Assembly: GCA_963781885.1 (NCBI GenBank)
Contig: CAWAHW010000002.1
Coordinates: forward strand, 1,440,001 to 1,504,000
Source of the DNA: an uncultured Spirochaetota bacterium
GTDB lineage: Bacteria; Spirochaetota; Spirochaetia; SZUA-6; Fen-1364
Reading direction: 5' to 3'
DNA: 64,000 nt
In this document: in pieces, positions 1-9,918 of the stretch
Layout: each line of letters starts with the position of its first letter
Numbering within the stretch: the first letter of the stretch is position 1
Program-made: the position numbers and the translations under genes
The notes under the pieces: generated by a model
Databases searched by the model: none
Told to the model about the DNA's origin: nothing
What the model saw: only the letters and a program-made list of their open reading frames with translations

Positions 1-2337
1 ACCCTCGGCGAGTGCTATGAGAACCGGGACGAAGAGGACAAGAAGCTCGAGATCTGGGACCGGCTGATCCGCGTGGATTATGAAGAGGCGGACATCGTCA
101 AGACCCTCGGGGAAAAGCGCGAAGCGTCCGGTGACCTTGCCGCCGCGGTGGACTACTACAAGAAAGCCATCCACCGCTTCATCAACAAGAAGCAGTTCGC
201 AAGCGTCAAGGAGCTCTGGGACAAGCTCATCAAGCTTTCCCCCGAAGACATCGATTTCTTCTTCCATATCGAGGGCCGCATCGCGCGCGCGCTGAACGGG
301 GAGCGCGCCGCCTCCCTCCTCGTCACGCTCATCCCCCACTACAAGGAAAAGGAGGACTGGAATACCTCCATCGAGATATTGAAGAAGATCCTCGCCTACG
401 ACTCGAAGAACAACGCGGCGCGCAAGGACATCATCGAGTGCTATCGCAAGAAGTACGCGGACCACAGCCAGCTGGAGGAGTACGTGAAGATATCCAACCT
501 CACGCAGAACTGGCGCAGCGTGCATGAAGCCCTGGCGGATTTCGAGAAGCATATCGGATTCGACACGGGCAACTACGTCTTCCATCGCACGTGGGGCATC
601 GGCCGCATCTCGGCGAGCAAGGACGACACGTTCACCATCGATTTTGCCAACAAGACGTCGCACAAGATGTCGCTGAAGATGGCCGTGAGCGCCCTCGAGG
701 TGCTCTCCCCCGAGCACATCTGGGTCCTCAAGCGCACGCTCCCGAAGGAGGAGCTCTCGAAAAAGGTGAAGGACGATGCCGCCTGGGCGCTGCGGACGAT
801 CATCAAGAGCTTCGGCAACCTGGCCGACATGAAGCGCATCAAGGCGGAGCTCGTGCCGGACGTGCTCACGCCGGGGGAGTGGTCGCGCTGGAACACGGAG
901 GCCCGCTCGATCTTGAAGAAGGATTCCGCCTTCGGGAATCTCCCGGACAAGATCGACCAGTTCATGGTCCGCGAAAAGCCCATCTCCTTCGAAGAAAAGA
1001 CCTTCAACAAGTTCAAGGCGGAAAAGGGATTCTTCGAGCGCGTGAAGACGCTGGAAGACTACCTCCAGGCGGCGCACGCGGAGCCCGATTCCGACTATTT
1101 CACGGAGATGTTCGCCTACTTCACGGGCTTCCTGAAGGGATACACGGCCGTTTCCGAGACGGTGCTGTCGAGCTGGCTGCTGCTGCAGAAAATAATCTCG
1201 CGCTACCCCTACCTGTCCTCGGGGGTGCAGACCACCTTCGAGGAGCTTTTCGGCCGCATCGAGAAGCTGGAGGAGGTCTTTTCCCGGATCGACGACCCCG
1301 ATCTGCGCAAGGATTTCATGGTCGCCGTGAAGAAGAACATCGCGGACTGGCCGGCGGTTTTCGCGCGTCTTTTCCCGCTTTTCCCGACCCGCTTCATCGT
1401 GGACGAGCTGGTGGCGGCCGTGGAGTGGGACGCCCTCACGTCGATGCTGTCGTCGGTCACCTCGCGCTACCGCGAGCAGCGCGATTCCTTCGTCTGGATC
1501 GCCAAGAACCTCCTTGGGGAGCGCTGGCTGCCGAAGACGAACGTCCAGAAGGAGAAGGTGTACATCGGGCTCATCCACCTGCTGGACATCACGTATCGGG
1601 ACATCGCCAACAAGCAGAATGCAAGCGGCAACCGCAAAACCAACCGGCAGATCCACGAGTTCCTCTTCGACGAGGGCAAGCTCCTGGAGTTCCTCATGGC
1701 CGCCGACCGCGACTCCATCACGCGTCTGTACACCCTCGTGGACGACGTGAAGGAGCTCGATCCCTCCATCAAGATCCAGCTGAAGCACCGGATCAAGGAG
1801 AAGCATCCGGACTTCCACTTCCTCGGCGAGCCGGGCGCGGAAAAGGTGAGCCTCGGTCTCATGGTGACCCGCGCGAGCTTCGAGAAGAAGCAGCAGGACC
1901 TCAAACGCGTCATCGACATGGAGATACCCGAAAACTCGAAGGAGATCGGCGTCGCCATGGCAAAGGGCGACTTGAGAGAGAACGCGGAATACAAGGCCGC
2001 CCTGGAAAAACAGGAGATGCTCAAGGTGACCGCGTCACGGCTGAAAGAGGAGGTCCAGCAGGCCCAGATCTTCAACGAGAACGAGGTGAAGACGGACCGG
2101 ATATCCTTCGGCACGCGCGTCCACCTGTTGAACAAGAAGAGCGGCCAGCCGGAAGAATACGTGATCCTGGGACCCTGGGAGTCCAACCCGAGCCGCAACG
2201 TGATCTCCTACCTGTCGCCGCTGGGCAACGCGCTCTGGGACAGGAAGCAGGGGGAAGAGCTGGAGTTCACGCTCAACCAGAACGCCTTCCACTACGTCGT
2301 GGAAAGCATAGAAAAGGCGGATCTGAAAAACCTATGA
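1..2337 (+). CDS. greA: Transcription elongation factor GreA, long spirochaete type with N-terminal helical/TPR-like extension (5' partial)
   Basis: Frame open from base 1; C-terminal Gre motifs IGVAMAKGDLRENAEYKAA and ILGPWESNP..ISYLSPLG. Confidence 0.92.
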   Translation, partial: TLGECYENRDEEDKKLEIWDRLIRVDYEEADIVKTLGEKREASGDLAAAVDYYKKAIHRFINKKQFASVKELWDKLIKLSPEDIDFFFHIEGRIARALNGERAASLLVTLIPHYKEKEDWNTSIEILKKILAYDSKNNAARKDIIECYRKKYADHSQLEEYVKISNLTQNWRSVHEALADFEKHIGFDTGNYVFHRTWGIGRISASKDDTFTIDFANKTSHKMSLKMAVSALEVLSPEHIWVLKRTLPKEELSKKVKDDAAWALRTIIKSFGNLADMKRIKAELVPDVLTPGEWSRWNTEARSILKKDSAFGNLPDKIDQFMVREKPISFEEKTFNKFKAEKGFFERVKTLEDYLQAAHAEPDSDYFTEMFAYFTGFLKGYTAVSETVLSSWLLLQKIISRYPYLSSGVQTTFEELFGRIEKLEEVFSRIDDPDLRKDFMVAVKKNIADWPAVFARLFPLFPTRFIVDELVAAVEWDALTSMLSSVTSRYREQRDSFVWIAKNLLGERWLPKTNVQKEKVYIGLIHLLDITYRDIANKQNASGNRKTNRQIHEFLFDEGKLLEFLMAADRDSITRLYTLVDDVKELDPSIKIQLKHRIKEKHPDFHFLGEPGAEKVSLGLMVTRASFEKKQQDLKRVIDMEIPENSKEIGVAMAKGDLRENAEYKAALEKQEMLKVTASRLKEEVQQAQIFNENEVKTDRISFGTRVHLLNKKSGQPEEYVILGPWESNPSRNVISYLSPLGNALWDRKQGEELEFTLNQNAFHYVVESIEKADLKNL

Positions 2338-4067
2338 TGCACGCACCACGTGGAGCCAGGGGCCGCTCGCGGCTCCTGCTCGTCGGTCTGGCGGTCGTCC
2401 TTCTTGCAGCGGGCGCGGCGTCCGTGTCCGCGGCCAATATCGACCTCGTGGTGATGATCGACACATCGGAGAGCATGTTTCCCTATTTCGACGATGTCAC
2501 CAATTACCTCATCCAGGACCTGCTCACCGCCAAGCTCCACGCCGGCGACACCTTCCACTTGCTGAGCTTTTCCGGCACCCCCGAGCTGGAAATCGCCCTG
2601 CCCATAAACAGCGAATCCGCGGCGCAGCAGGCGTTCGGCCGCATCCTCCTTCTCCACGCGCTGGGCAGGTACACCAACCTTGTCGCCGCGCTCCAGTTCC
2701 TCGGCAGCTACGTGAAGGAGCTGCCGGAGACGAATCCAAAACAGATCATCCTCATCACCGACGGCGTGCACGATCCCCCGCCGGGGAGCCCGAACAAGAC
2801 GGATCCCGCCACCGTGCAGGCGGCCGTCGTGAACGCCGCATCAGCGATGCGCAAGGATGGATGGACGTTTAACATCCTGAAGGTGCCGCCGCAGCCGGCC
2901 CCCGGAGAGGAAGGGGAAAAGAGCTACCTGGCGGACATCGCGCAGGCGCTGGGCGTTGCCATCGTCCCGTACAAGGTGAACGACAGCGGCAACCTCACCG
3001 GTCGCACCACGGGCTTTCCCGACTTGAGCTTCCCGCCGGCCCTCGGCAAGGTGGGCACGGTGTTCACGGCCCCCTTCCACGTTAAAAACTGGAAGGATGA
3101 GCCCATCATCCTGAAGCTGTCCAGCATCCAGAGCGACGGCGCGGAGCTGCTGGAGCGCCACGTATCGGTCCCGGTGCCCGCCTCGGGAGAGGCGACCCTC
3201 AACGCCACGATTCGCCTTCCCCTCTCCTATCCCAAGGGCGATCACCAGGCGAGCGTGCAGCTCCTCTTTGAAGACGATCCCCGGATCTCGCCGACGTCCG
3301 GCACGCTCACCTTCACCTACACGGGCAAGGGTGGGCTCCCCATCCCCCGGCTGACGTTCCTGTACGTGCTTTACATCATCCTGGGGCTTGGGGTCATCTA
3401 CCTCCTCGTCCGCCTGTTCCTTTACATGCGGAAAAAGCTCTCCGAGGCGCCCCTCACCGGCATCGCGCGCGGACAGGCCATGCGCGCGGGGGCCACGGCG
3501 GGCGCGCCGCCCTCCCCGGCGTCTTTCCGCGGCAGAGCAAAGCTGACACCTGAGGCCGCTGCGCAGGCGTCAGCCCTCCGTGCGCCGAAGCGTGTTTCCC
3601 TCATGGCCGTCCCCTCATCCACGATTTCCCCCGACCATGTGCGGCCCACCGTGGCGAGCATCCGCCGGGCGATTCCGCGTCAGCCCGTGCAGCAGGCGGA
3701 GCTTCCGCCGCTCATCGAGATGCGTGTGGATCTCCAGAACCACCGTGTCGGCTTCCGCAACGTCCATCGCATCGCACCCGGATCCGCGCGCACCGTTGGG
3801 GGCCGCTTCTCCTCGTACCTGGTCTTCATCGTGCAGGTGCCGGCGGGGATAGGTGAAATACGCAACGTGGACGGTAAGTACGTCTTCACGCCGCTGCGGC
3901 CGGAGATGTTCCCCGCCCTCTCCGGGCCTCTGGACGACTGCCTGGATACCGACATTCCGTTCCTGGGACCGAAGGGCCGCGCGCTCGTCCTGCATTTCCG
4001 CCAGTGGGTGTCCCCGCTGGAGGAGATCAACAGGATCATGCGCCAGGCGCGGAGCTCCGACGGCTAG
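2334..4067 (+). CDS. VWA-domain membrane protein (signal peptide, VWA, Ig-like region, TM helix, cytoplasmic tail)
   Basis: ATGA overlap with greA stop; DLVVMIDTSESM MIDAS motif and ILITDG; TM LTFLYVLYIILGLGVIYLLVRLF. Confidence 0.82.
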   Translation: MMHAPRGARGRSRLLLVGLAVVLLAAGAASVSAANIDLVVMIDTSESMFPYFDDVTNYLIQDLLTAKLHAGDTFHLLSFSGTPELEIALPINSESAAQQAFGRILLLHALGRYTNLVAALQFLGSYVKELPETNPKQIILITDGVHDPPPGSPNKTDPATVQAAVVNAASAMRKDGWTFNILKVPPQPAPGEEGEKSYLADIAQALGVAIVPYKVNDSGNLTGRTTGFPDLSFPPALGKVGTVFTAPFHVKNWKDEPIILKLSSIQSDGAELLERHVSVPVPASGEATLNATIRLPLSYPKGDHQASVQLLFEDDPRISPTSGTLTFTYTGKGGLPIPRLTFLYVLYIILGLGVIYLLVRLFLYMRKKLSEAPLTGIARGQAMRAGATAGAPPSPASFRGRAKLTPEAAAQASALRAPKRVSLMAVPSSTISPDHVRPTVASIRRAIPRQPVQQAELPPLIEMRVDLQNHRVGFRNVHRIAPGSARTVGGRFSSYLVFIVQVPAGIGEIRNVDGKYVFTPLRPEMFPALSGPLDDCLDTDIPFLGPKGRALVLHFRQWVSPLEEINRIMRQARSSDG

Positions 4068-5392
4068 AGCTGGAGGAGTGCGCGGGCCGCCTCCGTGCGC
4101 GTACCGGGGTTCGGGTCTGCGTCGGCCAGCTTTTTCACCCGGTCCTTGAGATCGCTCATGCCGTTGGCGGCAATGCCGCGCACCGCGTAGGAGCGCACGA
4201 TGGGATTCGGGCTGTCGAGGAATTTCACGTAGAACTCGCGCAGGGACGCATTCTTCATCGTCGAAAGGATGCGCGCCGTGGACTCCATGACACGCGTGTC
4301 ATAGGAGGACCATTCCGCGGCGACCACGGATCGAACGGCATCGAGGCTTCGCGCAAGGGCCTGGGTAGTGAGTATCGTGAGTGCGGCGTCCCTGCTGTCC
4401 GCGGGGTTGTTGCCGCCGCTGTAAATCGCCACCAGCAGATTGATCGCCGCATCGCCACCAATCGCGCCCAGCGCCTGGATGGAGGCGATTTTCACGCTGG
4501 CCTCGGGATCGTTTTCCGCCTTGTAGGACAGAATGGGAACGGCCGTGGCCGTCTGCGAGGGGCTGAGCGTGCGCGACAACGCCTTTGCGCTCTGCTCCCG
4601 GACCTTGACGTTCTCATCGCGCAGCCCCTGGATGAGCAGGGGGAAAGCCTCGTCCAAGCTGAAATGCGCGATCGCGGAGGCGGCATAGAGCCTGATGAGC
4701 GCGTCCTTTTCCTGGAACATGCCGCGCAGGACCGGGAGAGCCTTGGCGTCCCCGATTTTCCCCAGCGAATCCGCGGCATACATGCGCCGCACCTTGTCCT
4801 CGTCCTGGTTTTTCGCGATGGCAAGAAGGTCGTCCACGGGGGCGGGATCCTTCAACGCGCCCAGCGCCAGGATGATGTCCGTCTTTCTCCCATCGGGATA
4901 GTCGGGGCTCTTGAGCTTCTTCAGAAGGAGCGCGGCGGAATCCGCGCCTCCACCCGTGCCGAGGGCGGCGATGGAGGCCAATGCAACCGCATTGTCCGTG
5001 GAGTCGACGAGAGGTCCGAGCAACGCGGGCAGGCCGTCCGCAGCGATGGCGGCAACATACTGGACCGCGGAGACCACGAGCGTGCCCGACGTGTCCTGCC
5101 AGGCGGCAAGAATGGCGCGCGCGCTTGCCTCCCCGTCTTTCACCTTCGTGTCACGAAACAGATCGAGCACGGCCTTCTGGACGTCCGGCGAGCGCTGGTC
5201 CGCGAGTATCTGCGCGAGCTCCGGCGTGAATGTCGCGTCCTGCGCCTGACGTATCGTGCCAATTGCATCGATGACCTGCGCGTCGATGCCATAGAGCAGC
5301 GTCTGACGCACACGGTCGTGCGCGGTCGCGTCAGCTCCCGCAACGGGCATCGCAGAAAGCGCCATGAGGACCGCGACGACGAGCCTCCTCAT
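4064..5392 (-). CDS. Exported HEAT-repeat protein
   Basis: Signal peptide MRRLVVAVLMALSAMPVAG; repeated VRxxAAxALG helices; start overlaps murJ stop. Confidence 0.8.
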   Translation of the reverse strand: MRRLVVAVLMALSAMPVAGADATAHDRVRQTLLYGIDAQVIDAIGTIRQAQDATFTPELAQILADQRSPDVQKAVLDLFRDTKVKDGEASARAILAAWQDTSGTLVVSAVQYVAAIAADGLPALLGPLVDSTDNAVALASIAALGTGGGADSAALLLKKLKSPDYPDGRKTDIILALGALKDPAPVDDLLAIAKNQDEDKVRRMYAADSLGKIGDAKALPVLRGMFQEKDALIRLYAASAIAHFSLDEAFPLLIQGLRDENVKVREQSAKALSRTLSPSQTATAVPILSYKAENDPEASVKIASIQALGAIGGDAAINLLVAIYSGGNNPADSRDAALTILTTQALARSLDAVRSVVAAEWSSYDTRVMESTARILSTMKNASLREFYVKFLDSPNPIVRSYAVRGIAANGMSDLKDRVKKLADADPNPGTRTEAARALLQL

Positions 5393-6966
5393 TCCTTCCT
5401 CCTCCGCCTGACAAGATCGGCAAGAAAGGGGATGCGGAGCAGGACATACATCCCGATGGTAAGGCCGACGCAGGCCAGCACAACGGCGGCCACGAGAGCC
5501 GTGGCGCGGAGCGACCCGCCGTGCAGCCAGAGGTCCGGCTTCCACCGGAGAAACGCCACCAGGAGCGCCGTCATGGGGACAGAGCCGACCGCCGCCTTGC
5601 CCAGCGTCAGGAGGATCGAGCGAATGCCGATTCCGCCCAGGCGTCGGCGCGCAAGATAGCCGAGGAAAAGCATGCCGACGGTGAAGGCAATGGAGTTCGC
5701 GTAGGCGAGTCCGCTCACGCGAAGCGGCGTTTCCTTCAGGACGAGCGACAGGATGATGTCGATCACCGCGATCAGGGCGGCGCTCGCGAGCGGAACCACG
5801 AATGTCTTGTAGGAGTTGAAAAGCTTCTGGAGGAACGTGTAGATGCCCATGCTCACAAGCCCGATGGCGTATCCCGTCAGCGTGCGCGCCGCCATGAGCG
5901 TGTTGACGGAGGTGAAATGCCCGCGCTGCAGCGTTGCCGCGATGATCTCCCGTCCCATGACGGAGAGGAGAATGGACGAGGGAACGAGCAGCACGAGGAG
6001 AAAGTTGATCCCGTACGCCACCGTGCCGCGCAGGGCCTCCGTCTGGCCCTGGGCCACCTGCCGGCTCATCGTCGGGAACGTGACGGTGGCCACGGACGTC
6101 GTGAAGATGCCGATGGGGATCTGCAGGAACATGATGGCATTCGTCAGCGCGGAAACACTGCCGTCGTCCAGCCCCGTGGCGAAGAACTGCGCCACAAACT
6201 GGTTGATCGTCACGATGGATGCCGCGGCCAGATAGGGGATCCAGAGACGCGCCGTGCGGGTGAAATCGGCATTGGCAAAATGAAAGCTCACCCGGAACCT
6301 GTAGCCCTGGCCGCGGAACGCCGGGATATGGAAGGCGAGCTGAAGGATGCCGCCGACGAGCACGCCGACACCCATGGCCAGGATGCCCAGCCGACCGTGG
6401 AAAAAGATGAGCGAAAGCACGGTGGGCAGTGTGAACATGAGCGGGCTCAGCGCGGGCACCGTAAATCTGCCGTGCGTGTTGAGGACCGCCATGACCAGCG
6501 CACCAAGGGAGACGAAGAGGACGTAGTTGAACGTCCAGCGCATGAGTGTCGCCGCAACGGCAACCTTGCCCGGATCCTGGAAGGCAAAAAGCAGCGTGAC
6601 CAGCGAGCGGGGAAAAGCGAGGCTCAGCGCGACGAGCGGCAGGAGCACACACAGCTCAAGCGCGATCAAGGTCCGCACGAGTGCCTGCGATCTCTCCCGC
6701 GTCGGATCCTCCGCGAGCGTGGAGGAAAGAACGGGTATGAAGGCAGCGGAAAATGCACCCTCGGCGAAAAGCTTTCTTAGATTATTGGGGATGTTGAAGA
6801 CCGCGTTCAGCGCATCCGCCGCTCCGGAAGCGCCGAAATAGTAGTTGAAGAGGGCCTGCCGCACGTACCCGAAAAGACGGGAGGCCGCCGTGCAGATCAT
6901 GACGATCACGGTGCTCACGGTGCTGCCCCGGCTCTGCGCGCCCCGCTTTTCCGCTTCCTGCGACAT
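5389..6966 (-). CDS. murJ: Lipid II flippase MurJ (MviN)
   Basis: SRLFGYVR, FNIPNNLRKLFAEGAFSAAFIP motifs; many TM helices. Confidence 0.93.
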   Translation of the reverse strand: MSQEAEKRGAQSRGSTVSTVIVMICTAASRLFGYVRQALFNYYFGASGAADALNAVFNIPNNLRKLFAEGAFSAAFIPVLSSTLAEDPTRERSQALVRTLIALELCVLLPLVALSLAFPRSLVTLLFAFQDPGKVAVAATLMRWTFNYVLFVSLGALVMAVLNTHGRFTVPALSPLMFTLPTVLSLIFFHGRLGILAMGVGVLVGGILQLAFHIPAFRGQGYRFRVSFHFANADFTRTARLWIPYLAAASIVTINQFVAQFFATGLDDGSVSALTNAIMFLQIPIGIFTTSVATVTFPTMSRQVAQGQTEALRGTVAYGINFLLVLLVPSSILLSVMGREIIAATLQRGHFTSVNTLMAARTLTGYAIGLVSMGIYTFLQKLFNSYKTFVVPLASAALIAVIDIILSLVLKETPLRVSGLAYANSIAFTVGMLFLGYLARRRLGGIGIRSILLTLGKAAVGSVPMTALLVAFLRWKPDLWLHGGSLRATALVAAVVLACVGLTIGMYVLLRIPFLADLVRRRRKE

Positions 6967-6968
6967 CC

Positions 6969-7811
6969 CTACTCCACCACCGTGAAGGTCACCTTGCCCA
7001 GCTCCCTGCCCCTGTAGATGCGGGAGAGGCGCACGGTCCAGACGCCGATGTCGGGCACGAATGAAAGCTCCGCCGGCTTTGCGACGCTGGGCGCCACCCA
7101 CTCCGACTGCACGTTCGTGTCTCCGTGGGAGAGCTCCAGGTTGATCGGGCCGCCGCCGCTCATTTCGTTGATCACCCGGATTGTCAGGAGCTCGTGAGAG
7201 GGAAAAGGATCCGTATCCACGACGGCGCTCGGATCGTCTTTCAGCACGACGTCCAGCACCGGCTTCCTCCATTCGATCACCCGCCGTGAGCCGATGAAAC
7301 GATCCCGGTAGTACGATTCCGCCAGCGACGAGACGATGACGCCGGTAAAGGGTCCTTCGGATGCCGCGTGCACGAATTTCCCCTGGCCGGCATAAATGCC
7401 GACGTGCGAAGGCTCATTCAGGAGAGGGTCCCCATCCGTGTCGAAAAAAATCAAGTCTCCAAGATGGAGCCGGTACCAGGTGCTTTGCTCGGAACGGAAG
7501 AGGGCGCGCACGCCGCGCGGAAGATCTATTCCCTCCACGTCGCTGTAGACCCTGTAGATCAGCCCGGCGCAGTCAACGCCGTCACGGGAAATCCCGCCCA
7601 GCACATAAGGGACCCCGCGATAGGTCATGGCTGCCTTGATGATGCTTTCCGGCAGGGACAGCGCAGCCGCCACGGGCTTTGCCGTCGGGGAGGTCATCGA
7701 CGGTCTGCTCGCATTGGAAGGAGGGGCTGCCGGGCTCACCCCTTGCGCGGAGAGCGTCACGGCAGAGAGGGCGGTCACACCAAGAAGGATCATGCCGAAA
7801 CGCTGAAACAT
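6969..7811 (-). CDS. Exported NlpC/P60 (C40) peptidoglycan peptidase with C-terminal extra domain
   Basis: PYVLGG, GVDCAGL (catalytic Cys), GDLIFF, SHVGIY, FVHAAS. Confidence 0.88.
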   Translation of the reverse strand: MFQRFGMILLGVTALSAVTLSAQGVSPAAPPSNASRPSMTSPTAKPVAAALSLPESIIKAAMTYRGVPYVLGGISRDGVDCAGLIYRVYSDVEGIDLPRGVRALFRSEQSTWYRLHLGDLIFFDTDGDPLLNEPSHVGIYAGQGKFVHAASEGPFTGVIVSSLAESYYRDRFIGSRRVIEWRKPVLDVVLKDDPSAVVDTDPFPSHELLTIRVINEMSGGGPINLELSHGDTNVQSEWVAPSVAKPAELSFVPDIGVWTVRLSRIYRGRELGKVTFTVVE

Positions 7812-7814
7812 GGC

Positions 7815-8972
7815 CTATGTCCTCTCTCTTTCCATCGGCATTGCCGCGTTGGTCCCCGCCTCATAGCGGCGCAAAAACTGCGCCTTGTAGTGCAGGAAGG
7901 TCCCCCGCGATACCGCATCCCGGATCTCCCGCAACAGGCACTGAAGGAAGCTGAGGTTGTGATGCGTTGCAAGCACCGCAGCCTCGATCTCCTTGGCCTT
8001 GAACAGGTGGCGCAGATAGGCGCGGCTGTGCTGCCGGCAGGTGGTACAACCGCACTCGGCATCGATGGGGTGAAAGTCCGTGCGAAAGCGCTCGTTGCGC
8101 AGGGAAAGCCGCCCGTCGCGCGTCATGACCATGGCATTGCGCGCGATGCGGGTCGGGTAGACGCAATCGAAGAGGTCGATTCCCGCCTCCACCGCCTCCA
8201 GGATGTAGGACGGCGTGCCGATGCCCATCACGTATTTCGGCTTGTCGGAAGGCAGGAGAGAGGCTGAATAATGGAGCATTTCCCTGAACACGCTGAAATC
8301 CTCGCCAACCGAAAGGCCGCCGATTGCGTAACCCGGAAGATCGAGCGCCGCGATCTCTTCCGCGCTGCGGGCGCGAAGGTCTTTGTAGAAGTTGCCCTGC
8401 ATGATGCCGAAGAGCTTTCCCGGCATCGCCTTGTCCACGCCTCGCCAGCGGTCGCGGCTCCGCTGGAGCCACAGCGTGGTGCGGCGCACCGCCTGTTCCG
8501 CCTCCGCGCGGGGGAGACCGGGCGCGGTGCACTCGTCCAGCGGCATGAGGATGTCGCTTTCCAGCGTCGTCTGGATGTCGACAACGTCCTCAGGCGTGAG
8601 GCGATGGGAGGAGCCGTCGATATGGGAGCGAAACGCCACCCCTTTGTCTTCGACCGTTCGAAAGGAGGCGAGCGAAAAAACCTGGTAGCCGCCGGAGTCG
8701 GTAAGGATGTTGTGGCGCCAACCCATGAACTCGTGCAGGCCCCCCGCGGCGCCGATCACGTCCGGGCCCGGCCTCAGGTAGAGATGATAGGTGTTGCCGA
8801 GGATGAGATTGATCCCCAGCTCCTCCAGGTCGGAATTCCGCATCGCCTTGACGGTGGCGTTGGTGCCCACGGGCATGAAGCAGGGCGTGGAGACGGTGCC
8901 GTGATTCAGCGCAAGCGATCCCGTCCGTGCGGCGCAACCCGGGTCGTACTGCCCGAGGGAGAGAAGCATCAT
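7815..8972 (-). CDS. tgt: tRNA-guanine transglycosylase
   Basis: TPCFMPVGT, LGNTYHL, TDSGGYQVFSL, GGLSVGE, zinc site CGCTTC. Confidence 0.96.
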   Translation of the reverse strand: MMLLSLGQYDPGCAARTGSLALNHGTVSTPCFMPVGTNATVKAMRNSDLEELGINLILGNTYHLYLRPGPDVIGAAGGLHEFMGWRHNILTDSGGYQVFSLASFRTVEDKGVAFRSHIDGSSHRLTPEDVVDIQTTLESDILMPLDECTAPGLPRAEAEQAVRRTTLWLQRSRDRWRGVDKAMPGKLFGIMQGNFYKDLRARSAEEIAALDLPGYAIGGLSVGEDFSVFREMLHYSASLLPSDKPKYVMGIGTPSYILEAVEAGIDLFDCVYPTRIARNAMVMTRDGRLSLRNERFRTDFHPIDAECGCTTCRQHSRAYLRHLFKAKEIEAAVLATHHNLSFLQCLLREIRDAVSRGTFLHYKAQFLRRYEAGTNAAMPMERERT

Positions 8973-9910
8973 GCTTCAAGCCGCCCGAATGCCTGGGCGG
9001 CTGCGCCGAGTATGCCCGCGTCGTTTCGAAGCTCGCCCGCGCGCACCTGCACGCCCTGCCCTATCTGGGGCCAGCAGAAGTCGGGAAGATGGCGCCGGAC
9101 GGGGTCCAGGAGCATGTCGCCCGCCTCCGAGACACCGCCGGAGACGATGCACGCCTCCAGGTCGAGCACGTTGAGGATGCTGCCGAAGGCCTGCGCGATC
9201 CACCTCCCGGCCTCCTCCAGCGTGTCAGCGGCAAGCTCATCACCGGATAGTGCCGCATCGACCACCGCTTTCGCCGTGATCTCGCCCGCCGCCCTGCCGC
9301 GCTTCCCGAGCTTTTCCCTGTAGACGCGCGCAAGCGCGGTGCCTGAGGCGTACTGCTCGAAACAGCCGCGGCTGCCGCAGTTGCACCAGAGCCCGCCGGG
9401 ATTCACGCAGATGTGCCCGATCTCGCCGGCAAAGCCGCGCCAGCCCCGGTACACGCGGCCTCCCATCACCAGCCCGCCGCCGATGGCGGTTCCCACCGTG
9501 ATCAGCACGAAGTCGGTGAACGTTCGGCCGGCGCCGAATGCAAGCTCACCTGCCGCGGCGCAATTGGCGTCGTTGTCGGCAAAAGTCGGGAGGGAGAATG
9601 CCGCGCCAAGCCGGGCCTGCGCCGACTGATTCTTCAGAGCGGGGATGTTCTCGCACCCGCCGAGCACCATGCCCTCTTTCTTGTCGATGAAACCAGGGGT
9701 GCCGATTCCGATCGCGGCCAGGGTGGTGCCGTCCGCTCGGGCCGCAAGGAGCCCCTGGAGGCAGCGGGAGACCTGCGCGACGATATCATCAAAGCTGTCC
9801 TTCGCGCCCATCGTCACGGCAGCTTTTGCGCGTATCACTCCTGCCCGATCGACAAGGCCGATCTTTGCCGAGGTTCCGCCAAAATCGATGCCTGCCGCGA
9901 GCTCCTTCAT
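8969..9910 (-). CDS. ROK-family sugar kinase (glucokinase-like)
   Basis: GIDFGGT, DNDANCAA, AGEIGH, CNCGSRGCFE. Confidence 0.9.
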   Translation of the reverse strand: MKELAAGIDFGGTSAKIGLVDRAGVIRAKAAVTMGAKDSFDDIVAQVSRCLQGLLAARADGTTLAAIGIGTPGFIDKKEGMVLGGCENIPALKNQSAQARLGAAFSLPTFADNDANCAAAGELAFGAGRTFTDFVLITVGTAIGGGLVMGGRVYRGWRGFAGEIGHICVNPGGLWCNCGSRGCFEQYASGTALARVYREKLGKRGRAAGEITAKAVVDAALSGDELAADTLEEAGRWIAQAFGSILNVLDLEACIVSGGVSEAGDMLLDPVRRHLPDFCWPQIGQGVQVRAGELRNDAGILGAAAQAFGRLEA

Positions 9911-9918
9911 CGTCTTTC

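Noticed and set aside
591-2333. Long N-terminal extension of the VWA ORF overlapping greA
   Set aside because: Arg/Gly/Pro-rich off-frame read of GC-rich greA; the real start is the ATG at 2334 before a signal peptide.
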